Shown piece by piece: positions 18,665 through 27,507 of a DNA stretch of 63,685 bases (position 1 is its first letter; every line of letters starts with the position of its first letter). Source of the stretch: a virus. Lineage: Duplodnaviria > Caudoviricetes. The notes below the pieces were generated by a model. That model saw nothing but the letters and a program-made list of their open reading frames with translations. It made no database searches and was not told the origin of the DNA. The stretch is taken from positions 1-63,685 of IMG/VR virus record IMGVR_UViG_3300012943_000034. One strand, given 5' to 3'. Made by a program: the position numbers and the translations under genes.

Positions 18665-19602
18665 GATATTTCCTTGCCCTGTATTTTGTTGGGTCTTTTG
18701 TAATTAATAATTGCTTGATGAACTAGATCAACTGCTTCATCTAAATCTTCGTACAGTTTAAAGTCACGTAAAACTTCTTTGTAGCTTAAACGGTTTGGCG
18801 CAACAGGAATACAGCCGTTGTTAACTGACTCAACCATTGCAATTCCGTAGGTCTCCTGCAATGCGGTTGATACCGAAACCTTTGCACGAGCAAGAAGCTT
18901 GTAATACTCGTCTTTAGTTTTACAAACATCTTTTGTTCTTACCCAAATAGTTTCGTGGCCGTACTTCTCCCCGTATTTCATCATCATTACATCAAATTGA
19001 TCTGGCTGTTTTTCTGGCGCAAGCCTGTGAGGAAATACTACGATGTTATCTTTTTCATATAAATTAAAATCAGTCTCTACAGGCCACTCTACAATCTCCG
19101 ATTTACCTTGAAGGTCTAAGCCTGCATCACCAATGAGATGTCTGTGAAAGTCAGTTGCCAGTAAAATTTTATCACAAATGTTAATAACAGATTGTTCAAA
19201 GCTTCTTCCCCAATAGCGCATTCCGCTTCTAGTAAGGAAGTCATGTGGATCGTATGTACCAGCATGAAGCATTCCAACTATTCTGATGTCCATTTTAAGC
19301 GCATCACGAACATAGGCGATCATCTCAATTCCAGGAAACCAAACGTCTGTAAAAAATATTGTGTAAGAATCTTTTGGAAACATTTTTAAGGTAGCTAGAA
19401 TTTGCGAGATCTGTTTGTTCTTATATTGATTCGTGTCCACTACATCTAAGAATTCGCCTTGCGTGATATGTCTTTCAGTGTAGTCCCCGACTCTTATAAA
19501 TGGAATGCCATGCTTTTTAAAGGCTGCTTCAAACCAATCGTCCCACTGACTACTGTATCTTTCTTGCAGCCTCTCAATAGGTACGTAGATTATTCTTTCC
19601 AA
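18637..19602 (-). CDS. GT-B (GT4-like) glycosyltransferase
   Basis: HAGTYDP, VVFPHRLAPEKQP, LQETYGIAMVES (E-x7-E), PNRLSY. Confidence 0.8.
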   Translation of the reverse strand: MERIIYVPIERLQERYSSQWDDWFEAAFKKHGIPFIRVGDYTERHITQGEFLDVVDTNQYKNKQISQILATLKMFPKDSYTIFFTDVWFPGIEMIAYVRDALKMDIRIVGMLHAGTYDPHDFLTRSGMRYWGRSFEQSVINICDKILLATDFHRHLIGDAGLDLQGKSEIVEWPVETDFNLYEKDNIVVFPHRLAPEKQPDQFDVMMMKYGEKYGHETIWVRTKDVCKTKDEYYKLLARAKVSVSTALQETYGIAMVESVNNGCIPVAPNRLSYKEVLRDFKLYEDLDEAVDLVHQAIINYKRPNKIQGKEISWLKKILQK

Positions 19603-20450
19603 TTAATACCTCTAGATGTCCAAAGCTTTGTAAAGAAAACTTCAAGATCTCTATATTGCTTCGCTGAATATTCCAACTTCTTTTTATTTGCAATTCTGTC
19701 TCTCTTAGATGAGTGCAAGTCCATATCTAAGTTGTTCTCAAAGAAGTGTGCCTTAGATGATTTAACAGTTTTAATTTTACTGTATTCAAATTTGTTGATA
19801 GCCCCATATCTGATTGCTGTGGTCCAACTGCTGGAGTCCACAGAATAAAAAGGGAAGTGGTAAAGTAATTTAGTTCTTGTGAAAGCGAACCCGTGGATTT
19901 TAATACCTCTATCATAAGCGTATTTGATGTATTTATTGTACAACATCATAGATTGACCTTTACGGATACCCTCAATAGCGATGTACTTTGATTTGGAGTT
20001 CTTGCAGAGCTTAACAAAGTCTTCCCAATTATTAAATGAATGATGTACTGTAATCAGCTTGTGGCCGATGCCAGCTTTGTTGATCTGATCTCTCCACTGA
20101 TCTACGGTGTCTTTTCCAACAAGCTCCTGAAGGTCTAGTTCACAGAAATAATCAAAGTGATCTGCCCACTCCTTCGCCCACTCAAAATAGTTTTTGAAAT
20201 AGGCGTGAGGATCTGGGACTGATGAATCTTTCTTTTTGCTTGAAGTAACTGAGATGCCCATTTTCTCGAAGAAACTATGGGCACCAGAATCAATTGTGAT
20301 GATCCCTTTATGCTGTCTTTCCTTTAGCTTCTTGAGAGAATTTTCTGTGATGTTCTTGTAGTAATAAGTTAAAAAAACATTAGTATCTAGCGGTACTGCT
20401 GGATCGTAGTTTTTACACTGAGTCTCATAAGCCGCTAAATATATTTTCAT
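19590..20450 (-). CDS. dpdA: DpdA-like DNA 7-deazaguanine transglycosylase (TGT fold)
   Basis: IDSGAHSF, ELD, VHH, YIAIEG, IHGFA, SVDSSSW; adjacent to folE/queE/queD. Confidence 0.75.
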   Translation of the reverse strand: MKIYLAAYETQCKNYDPAVPLDTNVFLTYYYKNITENSLKKLKERQHKGIITIDSGAHSFFEKMGISVTSSKKKDSSVPDPHAYFKNYFEWAKEWADHFDYFCELDLQELVGKDTVDQWRDQINKAGIGHKLITVHHSFNNWEDFVKLCKNSKSKYIAIEGIRKGQSMMLYNKYIKYAYDRGIKIHGFAFTRTKLLYHFPFYSVDSSSWTTAIRYGAINKFEYSKIKTVKSSKAHFFENNLDMDLHSSKRDRIANKKKLEYSAKQYRDLEVFFTKLWTSRGINWKE

Positions 20451-20785
20451 TTATAAACCTTTGCTCCGTTTTCGTTGTCTTCAAATACAGATGCAGAACA
20501 CAGACCTAATCCTATGATGAGAGACTTGGCAATTTGTTCACAAGAAGAGGTGCCCAACGTATGCAACCCATCTTTTACTGGATAAAGTTTTTGAATTAAT
20601 TCAAGTGCTCGGTGTTTTAACATAATGAATTCGGTATCACGATCATCGTGGCTTACAAGTTTTTCTGCCTCAACAAAGAAGACGTGCCTGTGTGGGTGCT
20701 TTAGATATTCCACTTCTTCATGGGGGCATAAAGGCCAGTAGTGCAATCCTTCAAACTGAAACTTCGCAATAACTGTTACCTTCAT
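20447..20785 (-). CDS. dpdL: DpdL-like QueD paralogue (putative CDG decarboxylase)
   Basis: T-fold pattern with LKHPHRHVF (LxxxHRHxF), SCEQIA, EDNENGA. Confidence 0.7.
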   Translation of the reverse strand: MKVTVIAKFQFEGLHYWPLCPHEEVEYLKHPHRHVFFVEAEKLVSHDDRDTEFIMLKHRALELIQKLYPVKDGLHTLGTSSCEQIAKSLIIGLGLCSASVFEDNENGAKVYK

Positions 20786-21378
20786 TTGATAAGCCCTAAG
20801 AATTCTGATCTCGCTTCTTGCTGTTCAAACAAACCTTTGATCGATGAAGTAACCATAGATGAATGTTGTTTCTTAGCTCCACGGGCACACATACAAAGAT
20901 GCTTTGCTTCAATCACAACAATGACACCTTTTGGCTTTAGAACTTCATTTAAAGTGTCTGCAATTTGTTGAGTAAGTTGCTCTTGAATCTGTAGTCTTCT
21001 TGAGAATACTTCAGTTAACCTAGCAAGCTTTGATAAGCCGACCACTCTGTCTCCCGGTATATAACCAATGTGAGCCTTGCCGAAGAACGGGATCATGTGA
21101 TGTTCGCAAGTAGAATACATCTCAATGTCTTTGCAAATGACCATTTGATTGTACTCGCCTTTTTCAAATGTAGTCCCAAGAACTTCTTTAGGGTCCATTG
21201 CATAACCACCAAATAATTCTTTAAAAGATTTTATCACACGCTTAGGAGTATCTAAAAGTCCTTCACGTTCTGGGTTTTCTCCAATGTGCTCAAGAAGTTT
21301 TCTAATTAAGTATTGGCCTTGATCGTCTTTTGTTAAGGTACTTTCATCCACTTGTGAGTCTGTAGACTTATTTTCCAT
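20782..21378 (-). CDS. folE: GTP cyclohydrolase I
   Basis: REGLLDTPKRV, STCEHHMIPFFG, GLSKLAR, RLQIQEQLT, HLCMCARG. Confidence 0.97.
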   Translation of the reverse strand: MENKSTDSQVDESTLTKDDQGQYLIRKLLEHIGENPEREGLLDTPKRVIKSFKELFGGYAMDPKEVLGTTFEKGEYNQMVICKDIEMYSTCEHHMIPFFGKAHIGYIPGDRVVGLSKLARLTEVFSRRLQIQEQLTQQIADTLNEVLKPKGVIVVIEAKHLCMCARGAKKQHSSMVTSSIKGLFEQQEARSEFLGLIK

Positions 21379-21938
21379 TGTGGGTTCTCCTTTATGTATT
21401 CAAAAATAGTTTGTAAGTTGTCATCGAATCCGTTGAATTCAGGGCTTAAGCTTAGGTGAGCACCTTGATCGTCTTTATGTTTATCTAAGATGGATAAATC
21501 AAACCCTTTTTCAATCACATACTTGTATTCATCGACTTTAAATCTCATCGCAGGATTGATAAAGAATTCTGGCAATCCTTTTTGCACATACTTCTTAGGT
21601 GAGCACGTAACAAAATCAATCCCCTCAACAGGAGGCATACTGCCGTTTGTTTCGCAGGCAACGTAGAATCCTAAGTTTTTAAATAGCTGTACAAGATGTG
21701 GAGTTTGTTTATTCATAAGCGGTTCACCGCCTGTGATCACAACAAATCTAGCCTTCTCTTTTTGGGCGAAATCAACTAGGTCAGTTGCATCCCATTCTTT
21801 GTAGGTGTTGTATTCTGTATCACACCAAGGGCATGAATAATTACAAAACGGTAGCCTTACAAATAAAGCTCTTTTACCAGCGTGAAATCCTTCGCCTTGA
21901 AATGTCCAAAACACATCGTTAATTCTAAAGGTTTCCAA
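21333..21938 (-). CDS. queE: 7-carboxy-7-deazaguanine synthase (radical SAM)
   Basis: TFQGEG, CNYSCPWCDT, VITGGEP, ETNG, SLQTHK; TTG start after GGAGGAG. Confidence 0.95.
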   Translation of the reverse strand: METFRINDVFWTFQGEGFHAGKRALFVRLPFCNYSCPWCDTEYNTYKEWDATDLVDFAQKEKARFVVITGGEPLMNKQTPHLVQLFKNLGFYVACETNGSMPPVEGIDFVTCSPKKYVQKGLPEFFINPAMRFKVDEYKYVIEKGFDLSILDKHKDDQGAHLSLSPEFNGFDDNLQTIFEYIKENPQWKISLQTHKWMKVP

Positions 21939-22398
21939 AATACTCCTCCGCTTTGAACCATATTGGTTCGCCTTCGTAGAAAGCAGAATTTTTCTCATGC
22001 TCTCTTACTTCAACTTTGTAACAACAAACACGACCTTTTTCTTCTTCTTTGAGCCATGTATTGACCCAATCCCAAAGGAAATCAGAAGTACCTTCCATCC
22101 CAACATTGTCAAGTATTACAAGCTTGCAAGCTCCAAGTAATTCCAAGTCTATAAACTTTGGTAAGAGTGGATCGTCTTTATTTATCAGCAATGTGTGATC
22201 AAATTTATCATCCAAAAAAGCTTTCAATTTTTTTAGCTTTCCAAAATGCATCACAAATTTTGTATCAGTTAATGAGTGAGCTTTGAAAAAGAAATGGAAT
22301 GATCTATCGTACCCGTGGATGAATTTACAATGCGAATCATCTCGCCATTGGCGGTGAGCACAGGAGTAATTAAAATAGCTCTTAGTTGAGGCATACAT
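21925..22398 (-). CDS. queD: 6-carboxytetrahydropterin synthase
   Basis: AHRQW...HCKFIHGY, FDHTLL, EHEKNSA. Confidence 0.92.
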   Translation of the reverse strand: MYASTKSYFNYSCAHRQWRDDSHCKFIHGYDRSFHFFFKAHSLTDTKFVMHFGKLKKLKAFLDDKFDHTLLINKDDPLLPKFIDLELLGACKLVILDNVGMEGTSDFLWDWVNTWLKEEEKGRVCCYKVEVREHEKNSAFYEGEPIWFKAEEYFGNL

Positions 22399-22531
22399 AT
22401 TTTTAAGTCCAATCAGAGGTACCTTATCTGTAACTAAACAGTTCTCAAATACCCTAGAACGAAGGTATCTATCAAAGCTTGCACAGGCAATAATAATTTG
22501 TTTTATCCATTGGTTTATTGCATTTAAAGTG

Positions 22532-22592
22532 TCTCAATTACTAATCTCAATTACTTTTTTTAATTGCTTTTTATAATGAGATGCGTTATTAT
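22532..22592 (+). promoter_or_regulatory. sigma70-type promoter of the plus-strand early region, with upstream direct repeat
   Basis: TTGCTT (22564)-17 bp-TATTAT (22587); TCTCAATTAC at 22532 and 22545; AAGGAG then ATG 22617. Confidence 0.7.
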
Positions 22593-22616
22593 TATGGTAT
22601 AGCTAAGGAGTACACA

Positions 22617-22802
22617 ATGAAGGTTCAAGTTTTTAAATCAGAGTTCGGTGAAGGTGGAATCGCAATAAGAGTAATAGTTGATAAGTATAACAACAGAATT
22701 GTTATACAAGAAGACCTAACGGTAATAACAATGGATGCAGGCGAGTTTTCAGCTTATACCATCGAAGCTCAATTTTCTTTTATCGAAGAAAAGGAGGTTT
22801 AA
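22617..22802 (+). CDS. small early hypothetical protein
   Basis: AAGGAG RBS, first ORF after promoter. Confidence 0.6.
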   Translation: MKVQVFKSEFGEGGIAIRVIVDKYNNRIVIQEDLTVITMDAGEFSAYTIEAQFSFIEEKEV

Positions 22803-22803
22803 A

Positions 22804-23163
22804 ATGAAAACGATTTATCAATGTAAAGAATGTAATAGTCAAGATTGTAATATTTCAGATACAGGCGTTCCATATTGCGTTTCCTGCGGAGCTTATGGTC
22901 CGTGTATTGGCTTTGGCGTAGCCAAGAACAGCCGCTTAGATAACTTTTTAAAGCTAAAAGATCACGCAATGATTGGTAAGGATTTTAAGAAGCTCACAGC
23001 ATTAGAGGTCGGCGAGTGTGTTCACTTTATAAATGAGAACGAAGGATTGGACTCGAACAAATACGCTGAGAAAGCAAATAGATGGAAGTTGGATCAACCT
23101 GAAGCTAGATCAAAAAACTATACGATAATGTGGTCGCTTTTGATACAGAGTAACAACAAATAA
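22804..23163 (+). CDS. Zn-ribbon protein
   Basis: AGGAGG RBS; CKEC...CVSC. Confidence 0.6.
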   Translation: MKTIYQCKECNSQDCNISDTGVPYCVSCGAYGPCIGFGVAKNSRLDNFLKLKDHAMIGKDFKKLTALEVGECVHFINENEGLDSNKYAEKANRWKLDQPEARSKNYTIMWSLLIQSNNK

Positions 23164-23173
23164 GGGAGGCCTT

Positions 23174-23338
23174 ATGACTGTTAAGAAATGTACTTGTGGT
23201 AAAGACTTAAAAACGAGGGACGTAACCAGCTTAGGAATCGTTGACGGTGTACTTTATCTAAACTGTAAAGCCTGCAAAACGACTCTAGTTATTCTCTCAA
23301 AACAAATGAAAAAATTAGTTTACGGGGAGGCCGCATGA
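23174..23338 (+). CDS. small Zn-ribbon protein, 54 aa (not in ORF track)
   Basis: GGGAGG RBS; MTVKKCTCG...LYLNCKACKTTL. Confidence 0.6.
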   Translation: MTVKKCTCGKDLKTRDVTSLGIVDGVLYLNCKACKTTLVILSKQMKKLVYGEAA

Positions 23339-24108
23339 GAACCCAAAATGTTTACCTAATAGTTATATTTTTATTGTTGGTATTTTTAACAAACATGGCG
23401 AGAGCAGAAGAAGATGTGAACAGTATTTTCTACACCCCTCCAGATGGAGAATGGGTTGATCCAATCGAAGGACCAAAGATCTACGAGTATTGGGCAAATG
23501 AAGTTGCCAAAGAAAAAGCTGAGAAATCAGAAAAAGAGAAGAAGGAAAAAGAAGAGGACACCAAGGAACAGGAGCAAAAAATTGTGCCACAAGAAATTGT
23601 AGCACAAGATGTATTACAAAAGATAATACAACCAAAGCGTAAGGCAAAAACGAAGTCTTTAACCTTCTCATTTGCGGCGATCACACACCACGGATTCTCA
23701 ATTGATAAAGAAGCATCTCCGTTACTCAAGAGAAAGCTTACAAGCTCTGGAAGGATCGTTTGGAATCCAGAGCTTGGAGTAATGTATCAGAACAAGAATA
23801 CGGTGATGGCAATGTCAGTGATAGACGATTGCTATGGAAACATGGCGGGCTACATAGGCGCTGGTAAGAAATGGAATCTTACTAAACACTTTTCAGCAGG
23901 ATTTATGATGGGGTTTTATATCAGACATCACGTACCTTACGAGAAGATGCCTGATTGGATGATCCACGGGAATACAAACATTATTCCATTCCCATTCATC
24001 ATCGCACAACAAGACATCCCAATTACTAAAGACTGGTCTGCTTCAATTATTTTAAATACAAACTACGCAATTAACCAACTTACATTTGGTTTAAAGAAGG
24101 AGTTCTAA
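23335..24108 (+). CDS. outer-membrane beta-barrel protein with signal peptide (PagP-like topology)
   Basis: Signal peptide ending ARA, charged linker, alternating beta strands, C-terminal FGLKKEF. Confidence 0.6.
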   Translation: MRTQNVYLIVIFLLLVFLTNMARAEEDVNSIFYTPPDGEWVDPIEGPKIYEYWANEVAKEKAEKSEKEKKEKEEDTKEQEQKIVPQEIVAQDVLQKIIQPKRKAKTKSLTFSFAAITHHGFSIDKEASPLLKRKLTSSGRIVWNPELGVMYQNKNTVMAMSVIDDCYGNMAGYIGAGKKWNLTKHFSAGFMMGFYIRHHVPYEKMPDWMIHGNTNIIPFPFIIAQQDIPITKDWSASIILNTNYAINQLTFGLKKEF

Positions 24109-24339
24109 ATGGGTAAGGTTGTTAATTTAAAACTCCAGGCATGGATAAGAAAAGTCTCAACAGAAGAGCTTAAGGTTGCAACGAATCAGGGATTAGAAGA
24201 TTTAAGGGTTCAACACGAGAAGCATTCAAAAGCTGGAACACTAGGATCAAAAGCATTTTCAAAAGAACTTGATTTAATAGAAGGGACTCTCCGTGCAATA
24301 AAAGAAGAGTTAGAAAGAAGAGGTATTACAAATGAGTGA
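24109..24339 (+). CDS. hypothetical protein
   Basis: AAGGAG RBS. Confidence 0.55.
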   Translation: MGKVVNLKLQAWIRKVSTEELKVATNQGLEDLRVQHEKHSKAGTLGSKAFSKELDLIEGTLRAIKEELERRGITNE

Positions 24340-24610
24340 ATTTAAACACTACGACGGATGCAAAGGTCAAGACCTAGATAACTGTAGTGCCTGTGCATTA
24401 CTAAACGCAGACAAAAGAGGTCCCAATTATGCTGGATGGCCCCTATCGTTTATGAAAGCCGGAAGAAGAATTCCAATAAGATACATGACAGCGTTACTGA
24501 TGGAAGTAGAAAGAAAAGATAACGATGCGTACGTTGAGAATCTAAAATCTGAATTAAAGAAACATGGATACGATATTGAAGTTATTAAAAGGCACTTGGG
24601 TATTTTATGA
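24332..24610 (+). CDS. hypothetical protein
   Basis: GAGG RBS, coupled. Confidence 0.55.
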   Translation: MSEFKHYDGCKGQDLDNCSACALLNADKRGPNYAGWPLSFMKAGRRIPIRYMTALLMEVERKDNDAYVENLKSELKKHGYDIEVIKRHLGIL

Positions 24611-24912
24611 ACAAGAAATTTAGCGACATGGTTGAAGACAATCTCATTATGGTATTTGACGGAATAAAAGAATGGGAAGTTGAGAACACAAGGACTGGTG
24701 ATGTCTATGAATTTAAAGCAGTAAGAAGAAATGAAAGCGATTCAATAGCCAGCAAAACAGAACAATTCAAAGGCTATAGAAATTTTCCGAACGGCTTTTG
24801 GCAAGTATTTCAAGGTGACACTCATGTTGGGCAAGCTGAAACATTCTCTCAAGCAAAAGAAATGGCTAAAGATTATTTGATCAAAACTTTAAGGAGCCAA
24901 AAAAATGGATAG
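24607..24912 (+). CDS. hypothetical protein
   Basis: Coupled ORF. Confidence 0.55.
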   Translation: MNKKFSDMVEDNLIMVFDGIKEWEVENTRTGDVYEFKAVRRNESDSIASKTEQFKGYRNFPNGFWQVFQGDTHVGQAETFSQAKEMAKDYLIKTLRSQKNG

Positions 24913-25105
24913 AACAAATTATTATAGAGATAGAGCTTTAAATTTAATAGAGAGTATCGAAGACAAAACTAAAGAGATGTTCCATGTTACACACCCAGAC
25001 CTTGCGCACAGACATTGTGATTGCATGGATGGCAAATATAAATGGCACCACTTTATTGAGTCACTTAACAAAGAAATAGATAAGCTAAACAGCTTACAAA
25101 ACTAG
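24905..25105 (+). CDS. hypothetical protein
   Basis: AAGGAG RBS. Confidence 0.55.
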   Translation: MDRTNYYRDRALNLIESIEDKTKEMFHVTHPDLAHRHCDCMDGKYKWHHFIESLNKEIDKLNSLQN

Positions 25106-25115
25106 GAGGTAGTAC

Positions 25116-25352
25116 GTGAGTCACATCGGTGATCTAATCAGGAGCACAAGAAAACAAAAGGGCATTTCACAAGTTGAAGTGGCAAAGAAGATCGGAAGAT
25201 CAAGCCAGTTCGTAGCAAATTGGGAGCGGGAGGCATCTAACCCGCCGCTAAATATAATAAGGCCAGTTTGTGAAGTTATCGGCCTTGGGATAAAAGAAGC
25301 GAAGCAAGCTCTTGTTCAAGACTATATCGCTAAACTAAACGAGGAAGTATGA
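25116..25352 (+). CDS. XRE/Cro-CI helix-turn-helix regulator
   Basis: IRSTRKQKGISQVEVAKKIGRSSQFVANWERE..NP. Confidence 0.9.
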   Translation: MSHIGDLIRSTRKQKGISQVEVAKKIGRSSQFVANWEREASNPPLNIIRPVCEVIGLGIKEAKQALVQDYIAKLNEEV

Positions 25353-25681
25353 GAATTGTTAGACCAAACACACGAGGCGAGTGGACTTATTTGTTCACTA
25401 CTGAAAAAACATTTATTGGATCAGTTGCTTTAGGCAATGCAACTCAATACCAAGTCTTTATGATTAAAGATGAAATGGACAGGCTGTATGTAGCAGTAAT
25501 GGGCAGAGGAGCTTATGAATTTTCAGGACACGCTCACCCAAGTTATGTACAGCAGAAGCTGGGATTAAAATTTGAAGGTGATGCATCAAACCTTGCTGAT
25601 TTTATCAACACACAGAACGGATCTTATTCTTACGAGAAGTACGGCCAGTATGATTCAAATTTATGTGTGAAGGAGAAGTGA
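25349..25681 (+). CDS. hypothetical protein
   Basis: ATGA-coupled ORF. Confidence 0.55.
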   Translation: MRIVRPNTRGEWTYLFTTEKTFIGSVALGNATQYQVFMIKDEMDRLYVAVMGRGAYEFSGHAHPSYVQQKLGLKFEGDASNLADFINTQNGSYSYEKYGQYDSNLCVKEK

Positions 25682-25938
25682 TGGCTAAAAGTTTAGAAAT
25701 CAGAACAGAATTAAATCTCGATCTGGAACTGACAGGAACCTATAAGCCAAAAACGGCAGATTACTTTGATCGAGGTTTTGGAAACTGGCTGCCCGGTGAG
25801 CCAGAAGGAGTTGAAGACCTTCAAGTGTTCATAAAAATAAATGGAGTAAACACAGACATAACAGAATTAATTTCTGATAGTGACTATGAAGCTTTACAAA
25901 ACGACTTCTGTTCTCATTTTAGAGATGAACAAAATTAA
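25663..25938 (+). CDS. acidic hypothetical protein (start probably 25681)
   Basis: AAGGAG before ATG 25681. Confidence 0.55.
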   Translation: MCEGEVMAKSLEIRTELNLDLELTGTYKPKTADYFDRGFGNWLPGEPEGVEDLQVFIKINGVNTDITELISDSDYEALQNDFCSHFRDEQN

Positions 25939-25989
25939 TTTGACTATCTAATTGAGTTTTGCAATGGTCACAATCTGGAAAGGGAATTT

Positions 25990-26196
25990 ATGAAATCAAT
26001 TCAACAGGCACTTAGAAAAAAGAAAGAAGAACAGGAGAAGGACGACAAGGTTCATATCCAAGTAACTATGAAACGTTCATTCCATAAATCAGTTGAAGAA
26101 GTTCTCAAAGAGAACGGAGACAAATGGCAGGAAGTCCTTCACACCGCTTTGGAGCTTTATGTCAAGGAAGCTAAAGAAGAAAAAGCCCGCAAGTAA
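25990..26196 (+). CDS. ribbon-helix-helix-like DNA-binding protein
   Basis: KVHIQVTM strand followed by two amphipathic helices. Confidence 0.5.
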   Translation: MKSIQQALRKKKEEQEKDDKVHIQVTMKRSFHKSVEEVLKENGDKWQEVLHTALELYVKEAKEEKARK

Positions 26197-26213
26197 TCTC
26201 AAACTCGCCCGAT

Positions 26214-26248
26214 TTGACAACTTAAGTCAATTAAACTATGATTGTTAA
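26214..26248 (+). promoter_or_regulatory. sigma70 promoter with overlapping inverted repeat; probably leaderless transcript
   Basis: TTGACA (26214)-17 bp-TATGAT (26237), ATG 7 nt later; TTGAC-N7-GTCAA at 26214-26230. Confidence 0.75.
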
Positions 26249-26704
26249 ATGGGTAAACCAATCACGACCCAAAACAAAGAAAACGGAAGTCTCTTTGAGT
26301 CAATGTTCAAAGCCCGTGCCCAAATTAACGGTATGCTTTGTGAAAAGAATCACCTCACCGCTCGCTATCTACCCGGTGGCAGAGTTAAAGTCGTAAAATC
26401 AGAATTAGATTATAGAGTCGTTACCCAAGATGGTAAGGTCGGGTACTTCGATTGCAAGACCCTCTCTGGTCACTCATTCACTTATTCAATGATCGACGAA
26501 GCTCAACTGGAACGTTCAGTCACCCACAATTACTGGCGTGTACCTTCTGGCTTTATTGTATGGTTCAGGTCTTCTAACCAAATAGTGTTCTATAAAGGTG
26601 CTGACATTAAATTAAAGGGGGCTGGATGCTCTTTTGAGGCCACGGATGGCCGTTTACTTGGTCGCATCGAGAACTTCGATTTAAAGCTTATTATGGCTGT
26701 GTAA
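26249..26704 (+). CDS. RecU-like Holliday junction resolvase
   Basis: GSLFE...LDY...FDCKT...Q...GFIVWF. Confidence 0.75.
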   Translation: MGKPITTQNKENGSLFESMFKARAQINGMLCEKNHLTARYLPGGRVKVVKSELDYRVVTQDGKVGYFDCKTLSGHSFTYSMIDEAQLERSVTHNYWRVPSGFIVWFRSSNQIVFYKGADIKLKGAGCSFEATDGRLLGRIENFDLKLIMAV

Positions 26705-27120
26705 ATACACGTCTAAATACACGTACAACTGGACGTATCGATATATTTAAATATATCGACCATATATCTTTAGCCGATGCGTCAAGTCTACAAAATGTAG
26801 GGTTTCGGCATAAAATTCGGCATAAGTTATGCCGTTGATATCAGATGATATGATCAATTTGTTTATATCATATTATATCAATTCGATTTTAGAGATCAAA
26901 AAATTCAGCAGGGGTTCAGGAAAAACAATCAAACAATTCTAGGTACTTAGAAGTTTAAACTGATAAAAACTGGTATAATTATACAGCTTAATATTTAAGC
27001 AGGAAAATACTAATATTAGTATAAAATGATGCCTATTGATGGAGATCATTTTCGGCATAAACGTGTTAACAAAATGCCAAATCGTTAACACATCAGATCG
27101 ATATGTTATCTGAAACGATA
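26702..27120. repeat. Palindrome/direct-repeat array A (non-coding)
   Basis: More than 10 distinct inverted repeats in about 420 bp, e.g. TCGATATATTTAAATATATCGA, ATACTAATATTAGTAT. Confidence 0.8.
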
Positions 27121-27122
27121 TA

Positions 27123-27485
27123 TTATTCTTCAGGCAAAGGGATGGTCTTGCCAGCGAACTCGTGATCACAGTCACTGCAATATTCGATCATGCCATTGCG
27201 AACGTGTAAGTGGCAGCGAGGGATCTTTTTAATCGTGTCATCGGCCATCATGTGCTGGGTAGCGTGATATAGAAGTGATGGAGAGAACGTAGGGTTTACC
27301 ATATCGCCATTGAAGGTCCAAGTCGGGCAATTTGATCCAGCCTTTTTCATTTCCTCAAGTCTTCGCCCACCCCATTGAACAACAAATGAGTGACCAAAGC
27401 CGCAGCCTGGACAGTGGAACAAATACTCTTCGTGACCAGTATCTTTTGAATCAATTTTCCAAAGCTTAGACATGATTGCCCCCAA
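27123..27485 (-). CDS. DUF6527-like Cys/His protein
   Basis: FHCPGCGFGH...WTFNGD...PTFSPSLL...RCH...NGMIEYCSDCDH. Confidence 0.8.
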   Translation of the reverse strand: MGAIMSKLWKIDSKDTGHEEYLFHCPGCGFGHSFVVQWGGRRLEEMKKAGSNCPTWTFNGDMVNPTFSPSLLYHATQHMMADDTIKKIPRCHLHVRNGMIEYCSDCDHEFAGKTIPLPEE

Positions 27486-27507
27486 CTATTTTACTAGTAT
27501 TATTTTA

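Noticed and set aside
26738-26759. 22-bp palindrome as a protelomerase (N15-type) site
   Set aside because: No protelomerase or tyrosine-recombinase gene recognised, and it is one of many palindromes
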